A stretch of DNA of 64,000 nt from the human T2T-CHM13v2.0 reference genome, Homo sapiens, in assembly GCF_009914755.1 (NCBI RefSeq), contig NC_060939.1; one strand, written 5' to 3'. Shown here piece by piece: positions 13,801 to 29,100 of this stretch. Each line of letters opens with the position of its first letter. Positions within the stretch are counted from its first letter, which is position 1. A model generated the notes under the pieces. That model ran no database searches. It saw only the letters and a list, made by a program, of their open reading frames with translations, and was not told the DNA's origin. Made by a program: the position numbers and the translations under genes.

Positions 13801-16800
13801 CCATACAGTTGCATTCCATTGGATTCCATTCTATATCTATAAATTCAATTGGAGACCATTGCTTTTGAGTCCATTCTATATGATTCCATTCCATTCAAGT
13901 CCATTACATTTGGTTCAATTCCATTCCATTCCATTCCCTTCCATTCCATTCCAGTTGATATCAATCCATTCGATTCCATTCCATTCGAGCACATTCCATT
14001 CGAGTCCATTTCATTCGATGCCATTCCATTTGATTCTATTCCATTAGTCTCCATTCAATTCCATTAATCTCCATTCCATTCCATTCTACTCCAACTGATT
14101 CCATTCCATTCTATTCCTTTCCATTCCATTTCATTCCATTCCATTCCATTTCATTCCATTCCATTCCATTCGCTTCCATTCCATTCGTGTCCATTCCACT
14201 CCAGTCCATTCCATTCGTGTCCATTCCATTCCAGTCCATTCCATTTGTGTCCACTGCATTCCATTCCACTCCATTCCATATTATTCCATTACACTCCATT
14301 CCGTTCTATTACTTTCATTTCCATTCAATTCCATTCCATTTGATTCCATTCCACTCGGTTTCATTCCATTTGAGTCCACTCCATTCCATTCCATTCCATT
14401 CCATTCAGTTCCATTCCATTCTGTTCCATTCCATTCCGTTCCATTGCATTCCATTCCATTCGGTACCATTCCATATTGTTCCATTCGATTCCATTCGAAT
14501 CCATTCCATTCCAGTCCATTCCATTCGATTCCATTCCATTCCTTTCAATTCCATTCCATTCCATTCCATTCCACTTGATTCCACTCCATTCCCTTCCACT
14601 GCATTCCATTCGATTCCATTCCATTGCTTTGCATTCCATTCCATTGGATTGCATTCCATTCGATTCCATTCCATTCGAATCAATTACATAGCAATCCATT
14701 ACATTCGAGTCTATTCTATTCCGTTCCATTCGATTTCGTTCCAATCCATTCGATTCCATTCCATTCGATTCCATTCCATATTATTGCATTCCATTCGATT
14801 ACATTATATTCGAATAAGTTCCATTCAAGACCATTTCTTTTGAGTCCATTCTATTTGAGTCCATTCCCTTTGATTCCATAACATTTGAGTCCATTCAATT
14901 CCATTCCTTTCGTTTCCATTCCATTTGATGCCATTCCATTCAATTCTGTTCTACTCGACTCCAATACATTCAATTCCATTCCATCCGATTCCATTACATT
15001 CTTTTCATTTCTTATCCATTTCAAGCCATTCCACTCCATTCCATTCCACTCGTTTCCTTTCCATTCGAGTCCATTCCTCTCCAGTCCATTCCGTTCAATC
15101 CATTCCATTCCAGTCCATTCCATTCGAGTCCGTTCCATTCCAGTCCATTCCATTCGAGTCAATTCCATCCCATTCGATGTCTTTCCATAACGATCCATTC
15201 CATTCTATTCCTTTCGATTCCATTCCATTCTATTTCATTCCATTCGATTCCCTTCCATTGGACTCCTTTCCATTCGAGTGCATTCCATTCCGTTCCATTT
15301 CTTTCCGTTCTGTACGATTCCTACCGTTCGATTTCATTTTGTTCCAGTCCATTCCTTTCGCGTCCATTCCATTCCATTTCACTCCATTCGATTCCATTTC
15401 ACTCGATTCCACTTCGTTGCATTTCATTGCATTCCATTCTATTCAACTCTATTGCCTTCCATTCCATTCCATTCGATTACATTCCATGCGATTCCATTCG
15501 AAATCGAATCAATTACATTGCAATCCATTACTATTGAGTCCATTTTATTCCAGTCCACTGCATTCTGGTCCATTCCATTTGATTCCATTCCATTCTATTC
15601 CATTCCATACAGTTGCATTCCATTGGATTCCATTCTATATCTATAAATTCAATTGGAGACCATTGCTTTTGAGTCCATTCTATATGATTCCATTCCATTC
15701 AAGTCCATTACATTTGGTTCAATTCCATTCCATTCCATTCCCTTCCATTCCATTCCAGTTGATATCAATCCATTCGATTCCATTCCATTCGAGCACATTC
15801 CATTCGAGTCCATTCCATTCGATGCCATTCCATTTGATTCTATTCCATTAGTCTCCATTCAATTCCATTAATCTCCATTCCATTCCATTCTACTCCAACT
15901 GATTCCATTCCATTCTATTCCTTTCCATTCCATTTCATTCCATTCCATTCCATTTCATTCCATTCCATTCCATTCGCTTCCATTCCATTCGTGTCCATTC
16001 CACTCCAGTCCATTCCATTCGTGTCCATTCCATTCCAGTCCATTCCATTTGTGTCCACTGCATTCCATTCCACTCCATTCCATATTATTCCATTACACTC
16101 CATTCCGTTCTATTACTTTCATTTCCATTCAATTCCATTCCATTTGATTCCATTCCACTCGGTTTCATTCCATTTGAGTCCACTCCATTCCATTCCATTC
16201 CATTCCATTCAGTTCCATTCCATTCTGTTCCATTCCATTCCGTTCCATTGCATTCCATTCCATTCGGTACCATTCCATATTGTTCCATTCGATTCCATTC
16301 GAATCCATTCCATTCCAGTCCATTCCATTCGATTCCATTCCATTCCTTTCAATTCCATTCCATTCCATTCCATTCCACTTGATTCCACTCCATTCCCTTC
16401 CAATGCATTCCATTCGAATCCATTCCATTGCTTTGCATTCCATTCCATTGGATTGCATTCCATTCGATTCCATTCCATTCGAATCAATTACATAGCAATC
16501 CATTACATTCGAGTCTATTCTATTCCGTTCCATTCGATTTCGTTCCAATCCATTCGATTCCATTCCATTCGATTCCATTCCATACTATTGCATTCCATTC
16601 GATTACATTATATTCGAATAAGTTCCATTCAAGACCATTTCTTTTGAGTCCATTCTATTTGAGTCCATTCCCTTTGATTCCATAACATTTGAGTCCATTC
16701 AATTCCATTCCTTTCGTTTCCATTCCATTTGATGCCATTCCATTCAATTCTGTTCTACTCGACTCCAATACATTCAATTCCATTCCATCCGATTCCATTA

Positions 16801-19800
16801 CATTCTTTTCATTTCTTATCCATTTCAAGCCATTCCACTCCATTCCATTCCACTCGTTTCCTTTCCATTCGAGTCCATTCCTCTCCAGTCCATTCCGTTC
16901 AATCCATTCCATTCCAGTCCATTCCATTCGAGTCCGTTCCATTCCAGTCCATTCCATTCGAGTCAATTCCATCCCATTCGATGTCTTTCCATAACGATCC
17001 ATTCCATTCTATTCCTTTCGATTCCATTCCATTCTATTTCATTCCATTCGATTCCCTTCCATTGGACTCCTTTCCATTCGAGTGCATTCCATTCCGTTCC
17101 ATTTCTTTCCGTTCTGTACGATTCCTACCGTTCGATTTCATTTTGTTCCAGTCCATTCCTTTCGCGTCCATTCCATTCCATTTCACTCCATTCGATTCCA
17201 TTTCACTCGATTCCACTTCGTTCCATTTCATTGCATTCCATTCTATTCAACTCTATTGCCTTCCATTCCATTCCATTCGATTACATTCCATGCGATTCCA
17301 TTCGAAATCGAATCAATTACATTGCAATCCATTACTATTGAGTCCATTTTATTCCAGTCCACTGCATTCTGGTCCATTCCATTTGATTCCATTCCATTCT
17401 ATTCCATTCCATACAGTTGCATTCCATTGGATTCCATTCTATATCTATAAATTCAATTGGAGACCATTGCTTTTCAGTCCATTCTATATGATTCCATTCC
17501 ATTCAAGTCCATTACATTTGTTTCAATTCCATTCCATTCCATTCCCTTCCATTCCATTCCAGTTGATATCAATCCATTCGATTCCATTCCATTCGAGCAC
17601 ATTCCATTCGAGTCCATTCCATTCGATGCCATTCCATTTGATTCTATTCCATTAGTCTCCATTCAATTCCATTAATCTCCATTCCATTCCATTCTACTCC
17701 AACTGATTCCATTCCATTCTATTCCTTTCCATTCCATTTCATTCCATTCCATTCCATTTCATTCCATTCCATTCCATTCGCTTCCATTCCATTCGTGTCC
17801 ATTCCACTCCAGTCCATTCCATTCGTGTCCATTCCATTCCAGTCCATTCCATTTGTGTCCACTGCATTCCATTCCACTCCATTCCATATTATTCCATTAC
17901 AATCCATTCCGTTCTATTACTTTCATTTCCATTCAATTCCATTCCATTTGATTCCATTCCACTCGGTTTCATTCCATTTGAGTCCACTCCATTCCATTCC
18001 ATTCCATTCCATTCAGTTCCATTCCATTCTGTTCCATTCCATTCCGTTCCATTGCATTCCATTCCATTCGGTACCATTCCATATTGTTCCATTCGATTCC
18101 ATTCGAATCCATTCCATTCCAGTCCATTCCATTCGATTCCATTCCATTCCTTTCAATTCCATTCCATTCCATTCCATTCCACTTGATTCCACTCCATTCC
18201 CTTCCACTGCATTCCATTCGATTCCATTCCATTGCTTTGCATTCCATTCCATTGGATTGCATTCCATTCGATTCCATTCCATTCGAATCAATTACATAGC
18301 AATCCATTACATTCGAGTCTATTCTATTCCGTTCCATTCGATTTCGTTCCAATCCATTCGATTCCATTCCATTCGATTCCATTCCATACTATTGCATTCC
18401 ATTCGATTACATTATATTCGAATAAGTTCCATTCAAGACCATTTCTTTTGAGTCCATTCTATTTGAGTCCATTCCCTTTGATTCCATAACATTTGAGTCC
18501 ATTCAATTCCATTCCTTTCGTTTCCATTCCATTTGATGCCATTCCATTCAATTCTGTTCTACTCGACTCCAATACATTCAATTCCATTCCATCCGATTCC
18601 ATTACATTCTTTTCATTTCTTATCCATTTCAAGCCATTCCACTCCATTCCATTCCACTCGTTTCCTTTCCATTCGAGTCCATTCCTCTCCAGTCCATTCC
18701 GTTCAATCCATTCCATTCCAGTCCATTCCATTCGAGTCCGTTCCATTCCAGTCCATTCCATTCGAGTCAATTCCATCCCATTCGATGTCTTTCCATAACG
18801 ATCCATTCCATTCTATTCCTTTCGATTCCATTCCATTCTATTTCATTCCATTCGATTCCCTTCCATTGGACTCCTTTCCATTCGAGTGCATTCCATTCCG
18901 TTCCATTTCTTTCCGTTCTGTACGATTCCTACCGTTCGATTTCATTTTGTTCCAGTCCATTCCTTTCGCGTCCATTCCATTCCATTTCACTCCATTCGAT
19001 TCCATTTCACTCGATTCCACTTCGTTCCATTTCATTGCATTCCATTCTATTCAACTCTATTGCCTTCCATTCCATTCCATTCGATTACATTCCATGCGAT
19101 TCCATTCGAAATCGAATCAATTACATTGCAATCCATTACTATTGAGTCCATTTTATTCCAGTCCACTGCATTCTGGTCCATTCCATTTGATTCCATTCCA
19201 TTCTATTCCATTCCATACAGTTGCATTCCATTGGATTCCATTCTATATCTATAAATTCAATTGGAGACCATTGCTTTTGAGTCCATTCTATATGATTCCA
19301 TTCCATTCAAGTCCATTACATTTGGTTCAATTCCATTCCATTCCATTCCCTTCCATTCCATTCCAGTTGATATCAATCCATTCGATTCCATTCCATTCGA
19401 GCACATTCCATTCGAGTCCATTCCATTCGATGCCATTCCATTTGATTCTATTCCATTAGTCTCCATTCAATTCCATTAATCTCCATTCCATTCCATTCTA
19501 CTCCAACTGATTCCATTCCATTCTATTCCTTTCCATTCCATTTCATTCCATTCCATTCCATTTCATTCCATTCCATTCCATTCGCTTCCATTCCATTCGT
19601 GTCCATTCCACTCCAGTCCATTCCATTCGTGTCCATTCCATTCCAGTCCATTCCATTTGTGTCCACTGCATTCCATTCCACTCCATTCCATATTATTCCA
19701 TTACACTCCATTCCGTTCTATTACTTTCATTTCCATTCAATTCCATTCCATTTGATTCCATTCCACTCGGTTTCATTCCATTTGAGTCCACTCCATTCCA

Positions 19801-22800
19801 TTCCATTCCATTCCATTCAGTTCCATTCCATTCTGTTCCATTCCATTCCGTTCCATTGCATTCCATTCCATTCGGTACCATTCCATATTGTTCCATTCGA
19901 TTCCATTCGAATCCATTCCATTCCAGTCCATTCCATTCGATTCCATTCCATTCCTTTCAATTCCATTCCATTCCATTCCATTCCACTTGATTCCACTCCA
20001 TTCCCTTCCACTGCATTCCATTCGATTCCATTCCATTGCTTTGCATTCCATTCCATTGGATTGCATTCCATTCGATTCCATTCCATTCGAATCAATTACA
20101 TAGCAATCCATTACATTCGAGTCTATTCTATTCCGTTCCATTCGATTTCGTTCCAATCCATTCGATTCCATTCCATTCGATTCCATTCCATACTATTGCA
20201 TTCCATTCGATTACATTATATTCGAATAAGTTCCATTCAAGACCATTTCTTTTGAGTCCATTCTATTTGAGTCCATTCCCTTTGATTCCATAACATTTGA
20301 GTCCATTCAATTCCATTCCTTTCGTTTCCATTCCATTTGATGCCATTCCATTCAATTCTGTTCTACTCGACTCCAATACATTCAATTCCATTCCATCCGA
20401 TTCCATTACATTCTTTTCATTTCTTATCCATTTCAAGCCATTCCACTCCATTCCATTCCACTCGTTTCCTTTCCATTCGAGTCCATTCCTCTCCAGTCCA
20501 TTCCGTTCAATCCATTCCATTCCAGTCCATTCCATTCGAGTCCGTTCCATTCCAGTCCATTCCATTCGAGTCAATTCCATCCCATTCGATGTCTTTCCAT
20601 AACGATCCATTCCATTCTATTCCTTTCGATTCCATTCCATTCTATTTCATTCCATTCGATTCCCTTCCATTGGACTCCTTTCCATTCGAGTGCATTCCAT
20701 TCCGTTCCATTTCTTTCCGTTCTGTACGATTCCTACCGTTCGATTTCATTTTGTTCCAGTCCATTCCTTTCGCGTCCATTCCATTCCATTTCACTCCATT
20801 CGATTCCATTTCACTCGATTCCACTTCGTTCCATTTCATTGCATTCCATTCTATTCAACTCTATTGCCTTCCATTCCATTCCATTCGATTACATTCCATG
20901 CGATTCCATTCGAAATCGAATCAATTACATTGCAATCCATTACTATTGAGTCCATTTTATTCCAGTCCACTGCATTCTGGTCCATTCCATTTGATTCCAT
21001 TCCATTCTATTCCATTCCATACAGTTGCATTCCATTGGATTCCATTCTATATCTATAAATTCAATTGGATACCATTGCTTTTGAGTCCATTCTATATGAT
21101 TCCATTCCATTCAAGTCCATTACATTTGGTTCAATTCCATTCCATTCCATTCCCTTCCATTCCATTCCAGTTGATATCAATCCATTCGATTCCATTCCAT
21201 TCGAGCACATTCCATTCGAGTCCATTCCATTCGATGCCATTCCATTTGATTCTATTCCATTAGTCTCCATTCAATTCCATTAATCTCCATTCCATTCCAT
21301 TCTACTCCAACTGATTCCATTCCATTCTATTCCTTTCCATTCCATTTCATTCCATTCCATTCCATTTCATTCCATTCCATTCCATTCGCTTCCATTCCAT
21401 TCGTGTCCATTCCACTCCAGTCCATTCCATTCGTGTCCATTCCATTCCAGTCCATTCCATTTGTGTCCACTGCATTCCATTCCACTCCATTCCATATTAT
21501 TCCATTACACTCCATTCCGTTCTATTACTTTCATTTCCATTCAATTCCATTCCATTTGATTCCATTCCACTCGGTTTCATTCCATTTGAGTCCACTCCAT
21601 TCCATTCCATTCCATTCCATTCAGTTCCATTCCATTCTGTTCCATTCCATTCCGTTCCATTGCATTCCATTCCATTCGGTACCATTCCATATTGTTCCAT
21701 TCGATTCCATTCGAATCCATTCCATTCCAGTCCATTCCATTCGATTCCATTCCATTCCTTTCAATTCCATTCCATTCCATTCCATTCCACTTGATTCCAC
21801 TCCATTCCCTTCCACTGCATTCCATTCGATTCCATTCCATTGCTTTGCATTCCATTCCATTGGATTGCATTCCATTCGATTCCATTCCATTCGAATCAAT
21901 TACATAGCAATCCATTACATTCGAGTCTATTCTATTCCGTTCCATTCGATTTCGTTCCAATCCATTCGATTCCATTCCATTCGATTCCATTCCATACTAT
22001 TGCATTCCATTCGATTACATTATATTCGAATAAGTTCCATTCAAGACCATTTCTTTTGAGTCCATTCTATTTGAGTCCATTCCCTTTGATTCCATAACAT
22101 TTGAGTCCATTCAATTCCATTCCTTTCGTTTCCATTCCATTTGATGCCATTCCATTCAATTCTGTTCTACTCGACTCCAATACATTCAATTCCATTCCAT
22201 CCGATTCCATTACATTCTTTTCATTTCTTGTCCATTTCAAGCCATTCCACTCCATTCCATTCCACTCGTTTCCTTTCCATTCGAGTCCATTCCTCTCCAG
22301 TCCATTCCGTTCAATCCATTCCATTCCAGTCCATTCCATTCGAGTCCGTTCCATTCCAGTCCATTCCATTCGAGTCAATTCCATCCCATTCGATGTCTTT
22401 CCATAACGATCCATTCCATTCTATTCCTTTCGATTCCATTCCATTCTATTTCATTCCATTCGATTCCCTTCCATTGGACTCCTTTCCATTCGAGTGCATT
22501 CCATTCCGTTCCATTTCTTTCCGTTCTGTACGATTCCTACCGTTCGATTTCATTTTGTTCCAGTCCATTCCTTTCGCGTCCATTCCATTCCATTTCACTC
22601 CATTCGATTCCATTTCACTCGATTCCACTTCGTTCCATTTCATTGCATTCCATTCTATTCAACTCTATTGCCTTCCATTCCATTCCATTCGATTACATTC
22701 CATGCGATTCCATTCGAAATCGAATCAATTACATTGCAATCCATTACTATTGAGTCCATTTTATTCCAGTCCACTGCATTCTGGTCCATTCCATTTGATT

Positions 22801-25800
22801 CCATTCCATTCTATTCCATTCCATACAGTTGCATTCCATTGGATTCCATTCTATATCTATAAATTCAATTGGAGACCATTGCTTTTGAGTCCATTCTATA
22901 TGATTCCATTCCATTCAAGTCCATTACATTTGGTTCAATTCCATTCCATTCCATTCCCTTCCATTCCATTCCAGTTGATATCAATCCATTCGATTCCATT
23001 CCATTCGAGCACATTCCATTCGAGTCCATTTCATTCGATGCCATTCCATTTGATTCTATTCCATTAGTCTCCATTCAATTCCATTAATCTCCATTCCATT
23101 CCATTCTACTCCAACTGATTCCATTCCATTCTATTCCTTTCCATTCCATTTCATTCCATTCCATTCCATTTCATTCCATTCCATTCCATTCGCTTCCATT
23201 CCATTCGTGTCCATTCCACTCCAGTCCATTCCATTCGTGTCCATTCCATTCCAGTCCATTCCATTTGTGTCCACTGCATTCCATTCCACTCCATTCCATA
23301 TTATTCCATTACACTCCATTCCGTTCTATTACTTTCATTTCCATTCAATTCCATTCCATTTGATTCCATTCCACTCGGTTTCATTCCATTTGAGTCCACT
23401 CCATTCCATTCCATTCCATTCCATTCAGTTCCATTCCATTCTGTTCCATTCCATTCCGTTCCATTGCATTCCATTCCATTCGGTACCATTCCATATTGTT
23501 CCATTCGATTCCATTCGAATCCATTCCATTCCAGTCCATTCCATTCGATTCCATTCCATTCCTTTCAATTCCATTCCATTCCATTCCATTCCACTTGATT
23601 CCACTCCATTCCCTTCCACTGCATTCCATTCGATTCCATTCCATTGCTTTGCATTCCATTCCATTGGATTGCATTCCATTCGATTCCATTCCATTCGAAT
23701 CAATTACATAGCAATCCATTACATTCGAGTCTATTCTATTCCGTTCCATTCGATTTCGTTCCAATCCATTCGATTCCATTCCATTCGATTCCATTCCATA
23801 TTATTGCATTCCATTCGATTACATTATATTCGAATAAGTTCCATTCAAGACCATTTCTTTTGAGTCCATTCTATTTGAGTCCATTCCCTTTGATTCCATA
23901 ACATTTGAGTCCATTCAATTCCATTCCTTTCGTTTCCATTCCATTTGATGCCATTCCATTCAATTCTGTTCTACTCGACTCCAATACATTCAATTCCATT
24001 CCATCCGATTCCATTACATTCTTTTCATTTCTTATCCATTTCAAGCCATTCCACTCCATTCCATTCCACTCGTTTCCTTTCCATTCGAGTCCATTCCTCT
24101 CCAGTCCATTCCGTTCAATCCATTCCATTCCAGTCCATTCCATTCGAGTCCGTTCCATTCCAGTCCATTCCATTCGAGTCAATTCCATCCCATTCGATGT
24201 CTTTCCATAACGATCCATTCCATTCTATTCCTTTCGATTCCATTCCATTCTATTTCATTCCATTCGATTCCCTTCCATTGGACTCCTTTCCATTCGAGTG
24301 CATTCCATTCCGTTCCATTTCTTTCCGTTCTGTACGATTCCTACCGTTCGATTTCATTTTGTTCCAGTCCATTCCTTTCGCGTCCATTCCATTCCATTTC
24401 ACTCCATTCGATTCCATTTCACTCGATTCCACTTCGTTGCATTTCATTGCATTCCATTCTATTCAACTCTATTGCCTTCCATTCCATTCCATTCGATTAC
24501 ATTCCATGCGATTCCATTCGAAATCGAATCAATTACATTGCAATCCATTACTATTGAGTCCATTTTATTCCAGTCCACTGCATTCTGGTCCATTCCATTT
24601 GATTCCATTCCATTCTATTCCATTCCATACAGTTGCATTCCATTGGATTCCATTCTATATCTATAAATTCAATTGGAGACCATTGCTTTTGAGTCCATTC
24701 TATATGATTCCATTCCATTCAAGTCCATTACATTTGGTTCAATTCCATTCCATTCCATTCCCTTCCATTCCATTCCAGTTGATATCAATCCATTCGATTC
24801 CATTCCATTCGAGCACATTCCATTCGAGTCCATTCCATTCGATGCCATTCCATTTGATTCTATTCCATTAGTCTCCATTCAATTCCATTAATCTCCATTC
24901 CATTCCATTCTACTCCAACTGATTCCATTCCATTCTATTCCTTTCCATTCCATTTCATTCCATTCCATTCCATTTCATTCCATTCCATTCCATTCGCTTC
25001 CATTCCATTCGTGTCCATTCCACTCCAGTCCATTCCATTCGTGTCCATTCCATTCCAGTCCATTCCATTTGTGTCCACTGCATTCCATTCCACTCCATTC
25101 CATATTATTCCATTACACTCCATTCCGTTCTATTACTTTCATTTCCATTCAATTCCATTCCATTTGATTCCATTCCACTCGGTTTCATTCCATTTGAGTC
25201 CACTCCATTCCATTCCATTCCATTCCATTCAGTTCCATTCCATTCTGTTCCATTCCATTCCGTTCCATTGCATTCCATTCCATTCGGTACCATTCCATAT
25301 TGTTCCATTCGATTCCATTCGAATCCATTCCATTCCAGTCCATTCCATTCGATTCCATTCCATTCCTTTCAATTCCATTCCATTCCATTCCATTCCACTT
25401 GATTCCACTCCATTCCCTTCCAATGCATTCCATTCGAATCCATTCCATTGCTTTGCATTCCATTCCATTGGATTGCATTCCATTCGATTCCATTCCATTC
25501 GAATCAATTACATAGCAATCCATTACATTCGAGTCTATTCTATTCCGTTCCATTCGATTTCGTTCCAATCCATTCGATTCCATTCCATTCGATTCCATTC
25601 CATACTATTGCATTCCATTCGATTACATTATATTCGAATAAGTTCCATTCAAGACCATTTCTTTTGAGTCCATTCTATTTGAGTCCATTCCCTTTGATTC
25701 CATAACATTTGAGTCCATTCAATTCCATTCCTTTCGTTTCCATTCCATTTGATGCCATTCCATTCAATTCTGTTCTACTCGACTCCAATACATTCAATTC

Positions 25801-28800
25801 CATTCCATCCGATTCCATTACATTCTTTTCATTTCTTATCCATTTCAAGCCATTCCACTCCATTCCATTCCACTCGTTTCCTTTCCATTCGAGTCCATTC
25901 CTCTCCAGTCCATTCCGTTCAATCCATTCCATTCCAGTCCATTCCATTCGAGTCCGTTCCATTCCAGTCCATTCCATTCGAGTCAATTCCATCCCATTCG
26001 ATGTCTTTCCATAACGATCCATTCCATTCTATTCCTTTCGATTCCATTCCATTCTATTTCATTCCATTCGATTCCCTTCCATTGGACTCCTTTCCATTCG
26101 AGTGCATTCCATTCCGTTCCATTTCTTTCCGTTCTGTACGATTCCTACCGTTCGATTTCATTTTGTTCCAGTCCATTCCTTTCGCGTCCATTCCATTCCA
26201 TTTCACTCCATTCGATTCCATTTCACTCGATTCCACTTCGTTCCATTTCATTGCATTCCATTCTATTCAACTCTATTGCCTTCCATTCCATTCCATTCGA
26301 TTACATTCCATGCGATTCCATTCGAAATCGAATCAATTACATTGCAATCCATTACTATTGAGTCCATTTTATTCCAGTCCACTGCATTCTGGTCCATTCC
26401 ATTTGATTCCATTCCATTCTATTCCATTCCATACAGTTGCATTCCATTGGATTCCATTCTATATCTATAAATTCAATTGGAGACCATTGCTTTTGAGTCC
26501 ATTCTATATGATTCCATTCCATTCAAGTCCATTACATTTGTTTCAATTCCATTCCATTCCATTCCCTTCCATTCCATTCCAGTTGATATCAATCCATTCG
26601 ATTCCATTCCATTCGAGCACATTCCATTCGAGTCCATTCCATTCGATGCCATTCCATTTGATTCTATTCCATTAGTCTCCATTCAATTCCATTAATCTCC
26701 ATTCCATTCCATTCTACTCCAACTGATTCCATTCCATTCTATTCCTTTCCATTCCATTTCATTCCATTCCATTCCATTTCATTCCATTCCATTCCATTCG
26801 CTTCCATTCCATTCGTGTCCATTCCACTCCAGTCCATTCCATTCGTGTCCATTCCATTCCAGTCCATTCCATTTGTGTCCACTGCATTCCATTCCACTCC
26901 ATTCCATATTATTCCATTACAATCCATTCCGTTCTATTACTTTCATTTCCATTCAATTCCATTCCATTTGATTCCATTCCACTCGGTTTCATTCCATTTG
27001 AGTCCACTCCATTCCATTCCATTCCATTCCATTCAGTTCCATTCCATTCTGTTCCATTCCATTCCGTTCCATTGCATTCCATTCCATTCGGTACCATTCC
27101 ATATTGTTCCATTCGATTCCATTCGAATCCATTCCATTCCAGTCCATTCCATTCGATTCCATTCCATTCCTTTCAATTCCATTCCATTCCATTACATTCC
27201 ACTTGATTCCTCTCCATTCCCTTCCACTGCATTCCGTTCGATTCCATTCCATTGCATTGCATTCCATTCCATTGGATTGCATTCCATTCGATTCCATTCC
27301 ATTCGAATCAATTACATAGCAATCCATTACATTCGAGTCTATTCTATTCCGTTCCATTCGATTTCGTTCCAATCCATTCGATTCCATTCCATTCGATTCC
27401 ATTCCATACTATTGCATTCCATTCGATTACATTATATTCGAATAAGTTCCATTCAAGACCATTTCTTTTGAGTCCATTCTATTTGAGTCCATTCCCTTTG
27501 ATTCCATAACATTTGAGTCCATTCAATTCCATTCCTTTCGTTTCCATTCCATTTGATGCCATTCCATTCAATTCTGTTCTACTCGACTCCAATACATTCA
27601 ATTCCATTCCATCCGATTCCATTACATTCTTTTCATTTCTTATCCATTTCAAGCCATTCCACTCCATTCCATTCCACTCGTTTCCTTTCCATTCGAGTCC
27701 ATTCCTCTCCAGTCCATTCCGTTCAATCCATTCCATTCCAGTCCATTCCATTCGAGTCCGTTCCATTCCAGTCCATTCCATTCGAGTCAATTCCATCCCA
27801 TTCGATGTCTTTCCATAACGATCCATTCCATTCTATTCCTTTCGATTCCATTCCATTCTATTTCATTCCATTCGATTCCCTTCCATTGGACTCCTTTCCA
27901 TTCGAGTGCATTCCATTCCGTTCCATTTCTTTCCGTTCTGTACGATTCCTACCGTTCGATTTCATTTTGTTCCAGTCCATTCCTTTCGCGTCCATTCCAT
28001 TCCATTTCACTCCATTCGATTCCATTTCACTCGATTCCACTTCGTTCCATTTCATTGCATTCCATTCTATTCAACTCTATTGCCTTCCATTCCATTCCAT
28101 TCGATTACATTCCATGCGATTCCATTCGAAATCGAATCAATTACATTGCAATCCATTACTATTGAGTCCATTTTATTCCAGTCCACTGCATTCTGGTCCA
28201 TTCCATTTGATTCCATTCCATTCTATTCCATTCCATACAGTTGCATTCCATTGGATTCCATTCTATATCTATAAATTCAATTGGAGACCATTGCTTTTGA
28301 GTCCATTCTATATGATTCCATTCCATTCAAGTCCATTACATTTGGTTCAATTCCATTCCATTCCATTCCCTTCCATTCCATTCCAGTTGATATCAATCCA
28401 TTCGATTCCATTCCATTCGAGCACATTCCATTCGAGTCCATTCCATTCGATGCCATTCCATTTGATTCTATTCCATTAGTCTCCATTCAATTCCATTAAT
28501 CTCCATTCCATTCCATTCTACTCCAACTGATTCCATTCCATTCTATTCCTTTCCATTCCATTTCATTCCATTCCATTCCATTTCATTCCATTCCATTCCA
28601 TTCGCTTCCATTCCATTCGTGTCCATTCCACTCCAGTCCATTCCATTCGTGTCCATTCCATTCCAGTCCATTCCATTTGTGTCCACTGCATTCCATTCCA
28701 CTCCATTCCATATTATTCCATTACACTCCATTCCGTTCTATTACTTTCATTTCCATTCAATTCCATTCCATTTGATTCCATTCCACTCGGTTTCATTCCA

Positions 28801-29100
28801 TTTGAGTCCACTCCATTCCATTCCATTCCATTCCATTCAGTTCCATTCCATTCTGTTCCATTCCATTCCGTTCCATTGCATTCCATTCCATTCGGTACCA
28901 TTCCATATTGTTCCATTCGATTCCATTCGAATCCATTCCATTCCAGTCCATTCCATTCGATTCCATTCCATTCCTTTCAATTCCATTCCATTCCATTCCA
29001 TTCCACTTGATTCCACTCCATTCCCTTCCACTGCATTCCATTCGATTCCATTCCATTGCTTTGCATTCCATTCCATTGGATTGCATTCCATTCGATTCCA
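10850..29100 (+). repeat. Sub-domain 2: highly homogenised block (U7-U16); nine consecutive units of exactly 1804 bp
   Basis: Anchors from 13081 to 29317 are spaced exactly 1804 bp. Block-specific variants include CAATTGGAGAC, CCATTTCACTCGA, GAGTCCATTTTATT, TTGCTTTGC and CCGTTCTATTAC. Confidence 0.93.
13210..26922 (+). repeat. 9020 bp (5 x 1804) duplication offset inside sub-domain 2
   Basis: Eight private single-base variants recur at +9020: 13210/22230, 14011/23031, 14781/23801, 15419/24439, 16403/25423, 16418/25438, 17521/26541 and 17902/26922. Confidence 0.93.
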
